From: a virus
Length of the DNA: 64,000 bases
Virus genome (UHGV): UHGV-1366919
Strand: one strand, 5' to 3'
This document shows, piece by piece, positions 29,588-38,492 of this stretch. How positions within the stretch are numbered: the first letter of the stretch is position 1; every line of letters starts with the position of its first letter. Under the pieces are notes generated by a model, which saw only the letters and a program-made list of their open reading frames with translations, had not been told where the DNA came from and did no database searches. The position numbers were made by a program, and so were the translations under genes.

Positions 29588-32116
29588 ATGATTAAGATAG
29601 ATACTTATCGAGATTTAATGACCCGTCCAATTTTGGAGGCATTAATTGAAAAAAGAAAAACAAAAAGCGATGAAACTGAGCAGCGTCCAGTAGTTAATAC
29701 TCGAACTAAGCTGGAAAATCGCGGAAAAGGCGAAGAAAGCTCTTATGTATTTGATTTACCCGAAAAATCAACCTTTAGAAATACTGCCGGAAGAGGATTG
29801 CTTGAATTAGCTGCAGATGAGCAGGATGTTCAATATATGATTGCTCAAATTACTCTTTCTAACTTAGGCCTTATTCCTAAAGTTTATCGCTCCAGGAGAA
29901 TTAACGTTAATCCATCTAATGTTTCCAAGATTAATAAGATTAAAACTCTCCTTACTCAATTATTTTCTCATACCGTTTTAGATGATGATGCTCCTGCCGG
30001 GGTCCTTAAGACACTTTTGGCCAATCCTAAAATGGAAATTGACAATAAAGTTGGCTTTAATACTTTTGATTTGCTTAATCGAGTTAAAAGTTGGGACCAG
30101 GTTCTTGACAATTTAAAGAAAAATGTAGCCCGTAGCATTGCAGGTTTATCGGGAAGAGCAGAAAAAACCCATAAAATCTCTCAAGACTTCCATGATCGTA
30201 TTGGTAAAGCTGATTGGAGTGATACTGTAGATGCCCCCAAAACTGTTGCTGATGTAGCTAAAAATATTTTTGGTGAATCTGTTGATGAAATTCCTGAAAC
30301 ATTGACTCAAGAGGAAAAAGAAAAGATGTTTGTTAATGCTTACTCTATTCTTAAACCTCTTTATGAAGCTGCTTCCAAATCCGGATTAAGTCCTGCCGGC
30401 TATCTTAAATTCCAGCAAAACCTCGACCGAGTTGCCGGGGCACTTAAAACTAATGAAATCAGCAAATATATCAATGAAATTGAGGCAAAGCGTCAACCAA
30501 GAACAGTTGAGGACTATAAAGATGTCTTAATTGAAGCATTAGCACGAGCCGTTAAGGGCGATGATTCCAAAATGCAGGTTAGTAATCTTATTTCCAAGCA
30601 AGCTACTACCGCTTTACGCTGGTTAACCCGGCATTTAACCAAACTTGGCTATACTGGCGGTTTAAAGATTGCTAATGTTCTCGATTATATTAAAAACGGG
30701 GATGATGAATACGCCAATGATGCCCGTTATTATCTGGAAAACATCTATAATATTACTCCGGATCAATTAACTGTACAAAATTTCCCTTCTTTTAAAAAGT
30801 TTGTTAATACTTTATATCAAAACTTTGAAAAGGTAATGGGTTCTTATAAAGCTCTTAAAGATCGTCCGAAAGCATCTCAACGCCTTAATCTTAAAAATCC
30901 TGATAAGCCAATGGTTACTAACCGAAAAGGTGGTATTGGCCAATCTATTCCGGCTATTAAAAAATCTATCGAAGCTTCAGAAAAACTTCTGGCTAATTTT
31001 GATGAAAAAAATGAGCGGTTACAGAAGGCTATTGAATTCGATAAAGAATGGAAAGCTGGTAAAGCTAAGATGTATGTAGCCGTTACTGCCGGTACCCTTG
31101 GCTTGGGCGGTCGAACTGATACTTCTCCTGTAATTGAATTTGGCGAAGTAACTCGGCCAGAACTTAACAAGATGACCGCCGATAACCTTGCTAATGGTTA
31201 TATTGATCTTGTTACTCCAAAATATAAAGAAGCATATAAAAATCTTCTTGAATCTGATCCTGAATTACCTAAAAAGATTAGGAATCACATTATTAAGCAG
31301 AAGAATGTTGCTCCTAGCAAAGTTGCTAACCAACTTCGATTTGACCTTGGCAAAACTTTGAATAAAGACGGCTCTTCTAACCGTCAATGGTATATTGATC
31401 GAATCAATAAGTTTAAAGAACAACTTGCCGCTGTTTCTGGAGAAAAAGTTGAAAAAGAAACTGTCGAACGTAAGAAGCTTTCCGATTTCTCCGATGAAGG
31501 AGTTGAGGGTGATATTGATATGCCTTATACAATCTTTAAAGTTGATGAAACAGCTCCTCGCCTTATTAGCCCAATTATTGTTGCCCTCAAGAAAACACTT
31601 GAAAAATATAATGCAACAGTTGACTGGTCTACTAACTTTGAAGATGAAGAAGGATATATTACTATCTATTATCCGGAAAATGGCAAGTTCTTTAATGCTA
31701 AAGATCCTAAAAAGCTTGTCGAAGACCTTCGTAAATCTATTCAAACCATGGCAGCTCGCCTTGGATATGATTATGTAGATATTACAACTTATTCTTATGA
31801 ATTTGCTAAAGACCAATATGATTCTTCCGGATTTGTAATACCTCAAGATGATGAAGATTCCGAAGAAGATATTGAAATAAACAATGATAGTGAATCAGCT
31901 GAAATAGAATCTGAATTTGAAAGTGAAGATGAAGAAGAAACTGATGATCCTCTTGTATCGATGGCGCTTGATGCAATCGAACATAAAAAAGATGATTGCG
32001 AATCTGCCTCTAAAAAACCTGTTAAACGAGAAGTAAAATTCATTCCCAATAAGGACAGATACCCTAGGGAACGAATTCAAAATCAATGGCGAAAGAGCTA
32101 TTTCTGGAACCAATAA
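29588..32116 (+). CDS. Large hypothetical protein (K/E-rich, acidic C-terminal tail)
   Basis: An 842 aa ORF. The C-terminus is DDEDSEEDIEINNDSESAEIESEFESEDEEETDD. No catalytic motif was recognised. Confidence 0.45.
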   Translation: MIKIDTYRDLMTRPILEALIEKRKTKSDETEQRPVVNTRTKLENRGKGEESSYVFDLPEKSTFRNTAGRGLLELAADEQDVQYMIAQITLSNLGLIPKVYRSRRINVNPSNVSKINKIKTLLTQLFSHTVLDDDAPAGVLKTLLANPKMEIDNKVGFNTFDLLNRVKSWDQVLDNLKKNVARSIAGLSGRAEKTHKISQDFHDRIGKADWSDTVDAPKTVADVAKNIFGESVDEIPETLTQEEKEKMFVNAYSILKPLYEAASKSGLSPAGYLKFQQNLDRVAGALKTNEISKYINEIEAKRQPRTVEDYKDVLIEALARAVKGDDSKMQVSNLISKQATTALRWLTRHLTKLGYTGGLKIANVLDYIKNGDDEYANDARYYLENIYNITPDQLTVQNFPSFKKFVNTLYQNFEKVMGSYKALKDRPKASQRLNLKNPDKPMVTNRKGGIGQSIPAIKKSIEASEKLLANFDEKNERLQKAIEFDKEWKAGKAKMYVAVTAGTLGLGGRTDTSPVIEFGEVTRPELNKMTADNLANGYIDLVTPKYKEAYKNLLESDPELPKKIRNHIIKQKNVAPSKVANQLRFDLGKTLNKDGSSNRQWYIDRINKFKEQLAAVSGEKVEKETVERKKLSDFSDEGVEGDIDMPYTIFKVDETAPRLISPIIVALKKTLEKYNATVDWSTNFEDEEGYITIYYPENGKFFNAKDPKKLVEDLRKSIQTMAARLGYDYVDITTYSYEFAKDQYDSSGFVIPQDDEDSEEDIEINNDSESAEIESEFESEDEEETDDPLVSMALDAIEHKKDDCESASKKPVKREVKFIPNKDRYPRERIQNQWRKSYFWNQ

Positions 32117-32133
32117 TTAATAAAGCTAAATTG

Positions 32134-32166
32134 AAAAACCCGAAGGATTAAATCCTTCGGGTTTTT
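32134..32166. terminator. Bidirectional intrinsic terminator (copy 1 of a repeated hairpin)
   Basis: AAAAACCCGAAGGAT-TAA-ATCCTTCGGGTTTTT between convergent genes. A nearly identical hairpin recurs at 51183-51214. Confidence 0.85.
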
Positions 32167-32194
32167 CTTTTGTCAATATTTCATAAAAATATTC

Positions 32195-32977
32195 TTAACC
32201 TAAATATGGCCGGCAATAATCATAATTATTAGAGTCTGCTTGGTTAGGCATCTCAGGATCACCTGCACAACCAGGACATTGAAGGACTCCAGAACATCCA
32301 GAACACATTATTACTTCTGAGTTCTCATTTCCTCCCTCACAGTCACAATCTTGACATTCACTTTCTTCAGCACAAGTAGTAGAAATATCTTCTTCACAGT
32401 CACAATATTCACTGGCTAAGAAGAAAAGCTTAGAATCATTATACTTCAGCCATTCGTTATATTCATTCATACTGAATAAGTCTTGGTCTACATTCTTAAA
32501 ATATTCAGTAAACTTCTTATCAGTAATATCTTTGCCATAAGAAAGGCATGGAAATCTAAGGCTGAAATAGACATCCTGAAACTTAACACCATAATCATTT
32601 GCCTGCTTCTTAATTAAATCAATAATATCAGAAGAAATTCCTTCATACCAGGAATCAACAGCTACAGTGACTGTAAGCTTATTATAATTATACCGATGTC
32701 CTTTTCCGTTAGGTTCCAAAACAGTTTGTGTTCCTGTATTGAAATCCACATAAACTACATGAGGTTTCTTAATACTACAAAGTCGCTTCGATTCATATTC
32801 ACGACGATTTTCTGTATAATCAAGCTTAAAACCCCGCTTTTTAAGTGCCTCATCTTCTACAAGAAATGTAATGCTGGATGGATGCTTTTCATAAATTTCT
32901 CCACCCAAAAATTCACACATTTCAATGGCCTTGTTCAGGTCATCACTACAATCAAGTTTTTTCGTTACAAAAATCAT
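32195..32977 (-). CDS. Hypothetical protein with a Cys-rich C-terminal tail
   Basis: A 260 aa ORF. The C-terminus has many CxxC pairs: CDCEED...CQDCDCEGG...CSGCSGVLQCPGCAG. Confidence 0.4.
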   Translation of the reverse strand: MIFVTKKLDCSDDLNKAIEMCEFLGGEIYEKHPSSITFLVEDEALKKRGFKLDYTENRREYESKRLCSIKKPHVVYVDFNTGTQTVLEPNGKGHRYNYNKLTVTVAVDSWYEGISSDIIDLIKKQANDYGVKFQDVYFSLRFPCLSYGKDITDKKFTEYFKNVDQDLFSMNEYNEWLKYNDSKLFFLASEYCDCEEDISTTCAEESECQDCDCEGGNENSEVIMCSGCSGVLQCPGCAGDPEMPNQADSNNYDYCRPYLG

Positions 32978-32982
32978 ATAAA

Positions 32983-34095
32983 TTATTCTTCAATTAATTC
33001 TTCTTCAGTTTCTTCCTCTGGAATATCATGGGCTGAATAACCCCATGCTTCAGGTAAGCGTCGTTCAATTTCAGGATAAATTTTTTCATCCCAAAGCTCT
33101 TTCTTCTTTCGGAAAGCTTTAGCATAACCAAGAGATGTTCCGTCATAAAGATCATAAACACTTCCCCGACGTTCGATAACACCAAGGTTGATTGCTAATT
33201 CAAGTGTTCCATATTCTTCATCCAAACCAGTCTTCCAGCTAAGGTACATAGAACCCTCAATCATTGGACGAATGAAACGATTCTTAACACACATACAACG
33301 CATTTCAATACCAGCAATTCCCTTACCAACTTCATCCTTTTCACCAGAATCTTTTTCTTTAAGATTCTTTTTAGCAAGCTGGACAACTACAGAAGGAAGA
33401 TAACGGCAAGCTTTGCCGCCATTCATGCACTTAACCAAATCTGGGTACATTTCATTTGGATTATCATAAATATGGTTAGTAACCACAAATGTAGTTTTGG
33501 TTAAGCCCCCGTATGTTGTACAAGTTTTCAATAAAGATTTAATTGCCTTTGCAATTGTACCCATATCTGCGGAAGTAGAATCTTTATCCATTCTCTTTGT
33601 TTCCATTTCAGAAAGCATATTTGCAAGAGAATCAATAACTACAAGAAACTTTCCTTCCATGTGTGTTTCTTCAATCTTTTGAAGAAGAGCAAAAATTGCA
33701 TTTCGAACTTGCTCAATGGATTTAGCTGGGAAATACTTAATCTTCTTTGGATCGGCTCCAAGAGATTCAACCATTCTAGCATCAATAGCATTTTCAGTAT
33801 CGAATACTACAGTATACATTCCCATTTTCTGAGCATTTCCCACAATTTTTTGAGCGATAAAGCTCTTACCAGATGCGCTTTCCCCGGCTAAAAGGGTTAC
33901 GCGCCCTTTTGGAATTCCTCCATATAATGATCCAGAAATTACTGCGTTAAGCATCTTGCTTCCTGTATCAATCCACTCATCTACATTAGAAAGAGTGGAT
34001 TGATCTAAGAAAGAAGAATAAGGACTATAATCATCCAATACATCAAAAACTTTTGATGCAAGTTTATTAATATCAACTTTTTCTTCTTCTGCCAT
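32983..34095 (-). CDS. uvsX: RecA-like recombinase UvsX
   Basis: A 370 aa ORF. GRVTLLAGESASGKSFIAQ and VVFDTENA, plus the general architecture, align with T4 UvsX (GLLILAGPSKSFKS...LFYDSEFG). Confidence 0.85.
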   Translation of the reverse strand: MAEEEKVDINKLASKVFDVLDDYSPYSSFLDQSTLSNVDEWIDTGSKMLNAVISGSLYGGIPKGRVTLLAGESASGKSFIAQKIVGNAQKMGMYTVVFDTENAIDARMVESLGADPKKIKYFPAKSIEQVRNAIFALLQKIEETHMEGKFLVVIDSLANMLSEMETKRMDKDSTSADMGTIAKAIKSLLKTCTTYGGLTKTTFVVTNHIYDNPNEMYPDLVKCMNGGKACRYLPSVVVQLAKKNLKEKDSGEKDEVGKGIAGIEMRCMCVKNRFIRPMIEGSMYLSWKTGLDEEYGTLELAINLGVIERRGSVYDLYDGTSLGYAKAFRKKKELWDEKIYPEIERRLPEAWGYSAHDIPEEETEEELIEE

Positions 34096-34097
34096 AA

Positions 34098-34424
34098 TTA
34101 AAGACTTTGAGTAATTTCCTTATACTGCTTAACAAGCGGAGATTCTTGATTTTCAGTAATCATATGAGGAAACTTACTAAGTTTATCGATACTCAATTCA
34201 AAGTCATTCCCAAGATATTCTTTAAAGAGGTAAGGTACAAGATCTACCTTAAACTTAGTCTTAGCAGCCCGAGGGTCATTAGGATTACAAGGAGCCCCAT
34301 CTTCTGTAACCGTATATTGCATATTAACAATCATATACGGATTTTCAATTATCTTTTCAGAAGAATTAAGAACCCCAACAGATGTTACTCCTCCATCTAC
34401 CCAAATATAATATTGATTTTCCAT
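34098..34424 (-). CDS. Hypothetical protein
   Basis: A 108 aa ORF. Confidence 0.3.
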   Translation of the reverse strand: MENQYYIWVDGGVTSVGVLNSSEKIIENPYMIVNMQYTVTEDGAPCNPNDPRAAKTKFKVDLVPYLFKEYLGNDFELSIDKLSKFPHMITENQESPLVKQYKEITQSL

Positions 34425-34436
34425 TTTTTATTAAAT

Positions 34437-35246
34437 TTAATTTTGTTCTGATTTTTTATTGGTGCCAGTTTTTGTTGATTTTCGAGCAGTGGCAGCTTTT
34501 CTAGTATTAGCCGAAGATGTACTTTTCTTTTTAGCAGAAGTTGTTTTTGCTTTAGCTTTGGCCTTTTCAGCCTCAGCTTGTTTCTTTGCTGTTTCAGCTA
34601 ATTGTTTTTTAATTTCTGCTTCGATTGCTTCAAGATCTTCTTCCTCTTCTATTTCATCTTCAGGCGCAGCTTCATTTTTTAAATTATCCATTGGATCTGG
34701 ATCATTATATTCCGGAATGCCAAATGCAGACTTAGGAATTGGCTTGGGCTTTGCCATATGATGAATTCGAAGCGGCTTAGGTTCTTCTTCCTTGGGTTGC
34801 TCCTCTTCATTATCTTTTCCATAAGGAATTCTACGATATAAGAATGTATCAATAATAGAACCTCTCTTTAATTCTAAATCTTGTTCAATACCGAGCCAAA
34901 ATTTACAAAAGGTAGCTTCAATATTAATTCTAGAAGGAGCAATATTACAATAAGATTTCATAACAGCAAATGCCTTAGCTACATATTTCATTGCAATATT
35001 CAAGAATTTACAATAATCCGGAAGAGGGGGAAGAGCTTTAAATTCATCAATTCTGGCATATAATGCTAATTTTAATCTGTTCTCAAAATCATCAAGAACA
35101 AATTTAACTCCCGCCTGATAACCTTTTTGATAAGACTCATCAATCTTTTGCTGAAGATGATAATAAAATGGAGTTCCCGGAATAGGATTTCCATTTGAGT
35201 CAAAGAAATTTTCTCCGGTTAATGACGATTTATGAAGTAAACTCAT
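34437..35246 (-). CDS. Hypothetical protein with a histone-H1-like Lys/Ala-rich C-terminal tail
   Basis: A 269 aa ORF. The C-terminus (AETAKKQAEAEKAKAKAKTTSAKKKSTSSANTRKAATARKSTKTGTNKK) suggests nucleic-acid binding. Confidence 0.4.
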   Translation of the reverse strand: MSLLHKSSLTGENFFDSNGNPIPGTPFYYHLQQKIDESYQKGYQAGVKFVLDDFENRLKLALYARIDEFKALPPLPDYCKFLNIAMKYVAKAFAVMKSYCNIAPSRINIEATFCKFWLGIEQDLELKRGSIIDTFLYRRIPYGKDNEEEQPKEEEPKPLRIHHMAKPKPIPKSAFGIPEYNDPDPMDNLKNEAAPEDEIEEEEDLEAIEAEIKKQLAETAKKQAEAEKAKAKAKTTSAKKKSTSSANTRKAATARKSTKTGTNKKSEQN

Positions 35247-35327
35247 ATGATTTATTATACTCTAAACATTAACTTTTTCAATTATTTCTTTTATTAAAGT
35301 TTTCTTTTGTAAATCGTTTTGACATTA

Positions 35328-37925
35328 CTATTCTTCTCCGAATAAATCAAATAATTCAAATTCATATTCATCTGTTACATTAGGAGGAGTCCAGTTTGCC
35401 ACTTTATAAAGGCTGGCAATGCAAGCATAAAATGGCTTTTCAAATATTCTTCGATAGTCAATCTCAAATAATTCAAGAAATTCAGGAGGCATATACCCGT
35501 CTCGAATAGCAATCGAGTCAATCCTATACTTATTATTGGGCTTTAATGCAATAACCTGTATTGTATCTCCTTCTCTAATAGGCTGAACTCCATGGATTTT
35601 TTCCTTTTCTATAATAAGATTATAATAATATGCAGCTCTAATATGAGCTTGCATGCCTTTCATAGTCTGAAAACCAGAAGAACCGTCAGAATATTTGTTA
35701 AATGTTTTAACTCGGGCAATCTTGCAAATAGTTGTCAATGGAAGTTTTTTAAATTCTTCATATGCCTCTCTTAGCCTTTTATCGGTTTCATACTTATTCT
35801 GATGAAGAATCATAGGCTCAATAACTTTTTTACCAATTTCTTTAATCGGCTTACTCATAATACTTTTAGCCAGTTCAACACCAGTATATTTCCAAGAGAT
35901 TTTGAGATTACCCTCGAGGTCTACTTCACCTTCATTATCAACACAATGTAAAACGTAATTCTTCTTTTTGCGGTACAAACCATAGTCGCAAATCTTTTCA
36001 CGTTTAAAATGAAGGATTGTTCTCTTAGTATTAAACGTTTCAGTTACAAACTTATTGAGTTCTCTATCAATGTAATCATTAAGTTCATCAATAAGTTTAT
36101 ATCCTTCTGGAGTAACTTTAGAATCTTTACAAATTATAATCCCGGCAACTCCATGAAGAGAAACGCCAACTGAGTCAGTATCATTAAAGATAATATGCTC
36201 CTCGGCAACTTCTTCAGTCATCCCGGGAGTTTTCATCATAATAAAATCTTTGACAATTCTATTAACCTGTTTAATAGTGCATTGTCCAGTTAAAGTAATT
36301 GAATTTCCTATTGAATCATGGCCCAAAGGACTCGTCTTAGAAGTCAAAGCTCCATAACAGCTGTTAATACAAAGTTTCTTTGTATATTGCGCAATTTGAA
36401 GCTGCTTAATTTTTAATTCAATCTTTTCTTTCTCCTCTTTAGGAAGATCTTTCTTTAATTCTTCTTCAAGCCTAACAATTTCCTTTCTGTCTTTCTTTCG
36501 AGAATCAAAGACACTTTCCATAAATTCTGGATAAATGCCCTGTTTCTTTTGTGAGAATAATACATTTGCAGGAGTCCTAATTAGCTCAGTATTCTTTACA
36601 AATTCATTAAACTTTTGTTCTGTTAAAGTATATTGTTTTCCAGAAGTTAATGTCAAATGAATATTTCCATCTCCCAATTCCACAAATTCACCAACCATTG
36701 TTTCAATGGAAATATTATTCGTAATGGCGCAAGAAGGGTATAGCGATGCAGCATCATACGTTATTAGATCTTTTACAAGACCTGGTTTTACGCTTACATA
36801 TCCGCCTTCATTCTTACCTTCAAGGACTTCTCGTTTTGGAGTAAAAAGGATTTGTCCCCGAGATCTTGCTTTTAGAGCAATTGCTCCGGAAACATATGCA
36901 ACTACGCCTAATCCATCTTCAAAATTCGTTAATCCAAGAGTAGCGAGATACCTTAAAAGAGCGAAATAATTAGTCTTCTTATCAATCTTTACAAGAAGTT
37001 CAACATCTCGAATATTATAAAGAACGAAATCATTCCAATTATTTTTTTGGAAATCTCCAATGGGTCCTTCATACTCAAGTTTTTGTTCTCCTACTTCTAT
37101 TGAACCAATGTGGTCCAGCTTATAAGAATCTTGAAGTTTTACCTTTAGTTTCTTATAAACATCAATATAGTCAATAATAAGCATTCCAGGAGTAATATAT
37201 TTTGTATATTCTCTTGGAGGATTATCCTTTGTTTTACCAATGCCCATATTGAATATTCCCAAAGGACTTAATCTTTTTAATTCATCCTGTCCTAAAACTT
37301 TAGTAATCCGATTGACCAAATAAGGCATATCGAAAAAATTTGAGTTCCAGGCAGAAAGAATATCAGGATGGTCTTTTTCAATATATCTTAAAAATGATTC
37401 AAGGAGTTCATATTCATCTTCGCAATGAATATAAAATACCTTCAGGTCATTAGGTAATTCTCCGGTAAATTCTTTTGTACCGAATGTAGTATATTCATTA
37501 GTCAAAGAATCATGAATAGTAATAAGACTAATCGGAGCTCTTGCCTCTTCCGGTGCTGGGAATTCATTATAAGGAAGTGGCTCAGTTTCAATATCGAAAA
37601 AACAAATCTTCAAAGGATTCTTAGAAAAATCTTCAGAATCCTGCATTCCTCCATATTCATCCATTAAGAATTGCTGAGCCGGTTTAAAATTCTCAAATAA
37701 CCTTGTTATTTTTGAATCCTTAATGAATTCACTTCTTTCCCATGAATTCTTAAAAATCTTTTTGGACAAAGGAGTACCAAAAATAGAAGTATACTTCCCA
37801 TTTGAATCCTCAATATACAAATATGGAGAATAAGGACGGTCAACCATAATTCGGTCGCCGTCCTTATTCCAAGTAAACAATTTGATATTTTTATCTCGTC
37901 CGTCCCAATAAGCGAATCGGTACAT
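35328..37925 (-). CDS. Family B DNA polymerase (T4 gp43-like)
   Basis: An 865 aa ORF. It carries the ExoI motif FFDIETE, motif A DAASLYPS and motif C NDTDSVGV (YGDTDS-like). Confidence 0.9.
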   Translation of the reverse strand: MYRFAYWDGRDKNIKLFTWNKDGDRIMVDRPYSPYLYIEDSNGKYTSIFGTPLSKKIFKNSWERSEFIKDSKITRLFENFKPAQQFLMDEYGGMQDSEDFSKNPLKICFFDIETEPLPYNEFPAPEEARAPISLITIHDSLTNEYTTFGTKEFTGELPNDLKVFYIHCEDEYELLESFLRYIEKDHPDILSAWNSNFFDMPYLVNRITKVLGQDELKRLSPLGIFNMGIGKTKDNPPREYTKYITPGMLIIDYIDVYKKLKVKLQDSYKLDHIGSIEVGEQKLEYEGPIGDFQKNNWNDFVLYNIRDVELLVKIDKKTNYFALLRYLATLGLTNFEDGLGVVAYVSGAIALKARSRGQILFTPKREVLEGKNEGGYVSVKPGLVKDLITYDAASLYPSCAITNNISIETMVGEFVELGDGNIHLTLTSGKQYTLTEQKFNEFVKNTELIRTPANVLFSQKKQGIYPEFMESVFDSRKKDRKEIVRLEEELKKDLPKEEKEKIELKIKQLQIAQYTKKLCINSCYGALTSKTSPLGHDSIGNSITLTGQCTIKQVNRIVKDFIMMKTPGMTEEVAEEHIIFNDTDSVGVSLHGVAGIIICKDSKVTPEGYKLIDELNDYIDRELNKFVTETFNTKRTILHFKREKICDYGLYRKKKNYVLHCVDNEGEVDLEGNLKISWKYTGVELAKSIMSKPIKEIGKKVIEPMILHQNKYETDKRLREAYEEFKKLPLTTICKIARVKTFNKYSDGSSGFQTMKGMQAHIRAAYYYNLIIEKEKIHGVQPIREGDTIQVIALKPNNKYRIDSIAIRDGYMPPEFLELFEIDYRRIFEKPFYACIASLYKVANWTPPNVTDEYEFELFDLFGEE

Positions 37926-37929
37926 ATTT

Positions 37930-38481
37930 TTATTTTATGTCTAGTCTGGCTTTAATAATTGACAAGGCTAAATCATATCCTCCTTGATCTCCGGAAATCC
38001 TATGAGGCTTAATATTAAGATCTCCTAAAAACTTTTCAAGGTCTTTAGCTATTTTATCTGATTCTTCTTCGGTTTGATGCCTTCCAATTGGATTATAAGG
38101 CTTAACCCTGTTGATAAAAAAGTTTAAATTATCATATTGATGATGAGTCTTAACAATCAGCTGAGTTCTTTCGTAAGCACAATTATCATTGCTATAATAA
38201 GCGCTTAGCAATAACGGACTATCGGTAATAATTGCATCAACTTTTCCGTTAACTCTGGATAATTTGAAAGATTGTTTGCCAAAAATATAATTTTGATCTT
38301 CAAAAACTGATTTATTCTCTTCCCATACTTTATCCTTGGCAAATTCGCTGACATATTCACAATTAACACCTAAGCATTTTAAGTTATAAAACAAATATGC
38401 CGCACCCGTTGACTTACCTGCACCAGGTTGTGCAAACAAATTAACCACTAAAGTTCTTTTCACGTTTTCTTTATTTTGCAT
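37930..38481 (-). CDS. P-loop NTPase, kinase-like (possible dNMP/nucleotide kinase)
   Basis: A 183 aa ORF with a Walker A motif (FAQPGAGKSTGAAY). It is too short for the clamp loader gp44. Confidence 0.4.
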   Translation of the reverse strand: MQNKENVKRTLVVNLFAQPGAGKSTGAAYLFYNLKCLGVNCEYVSEFAKDKVWEENKSVFEDQNYIFGKQSFKLSRVNGKVDAIITDSPLLLSAYYSNDNCAYERTQLIVKTHHQYDNLNFFINRVKPYNPIGRHQTEEESDKIAKDLEKFLGDLNIKPHRISGDQGGYDLALSIIKARLDIK

Positions 38482-38492
38482 TTTTCTTAAAG

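Noticed and set aside
31265-31846. Antisense ORFs (193 aa minus at 31265-31846; 127 aa + at 31395-31778; 97 aa minus at 30877-31170) inside the 842 aa gene
   Set aside because: They are embedded in or opposite a long confident ORF. They have no motifs and their composition is typical of spurious frames.
37930-38481. Clamp loader (gp44) assignment for the P-loop protein between the polymerase and gp46
   Set aside because: At 183 aa it is far too short for an AAA+ clamp loader and lacks the sensor motifs. It was kept as a generic kinase-like P-loop protein.
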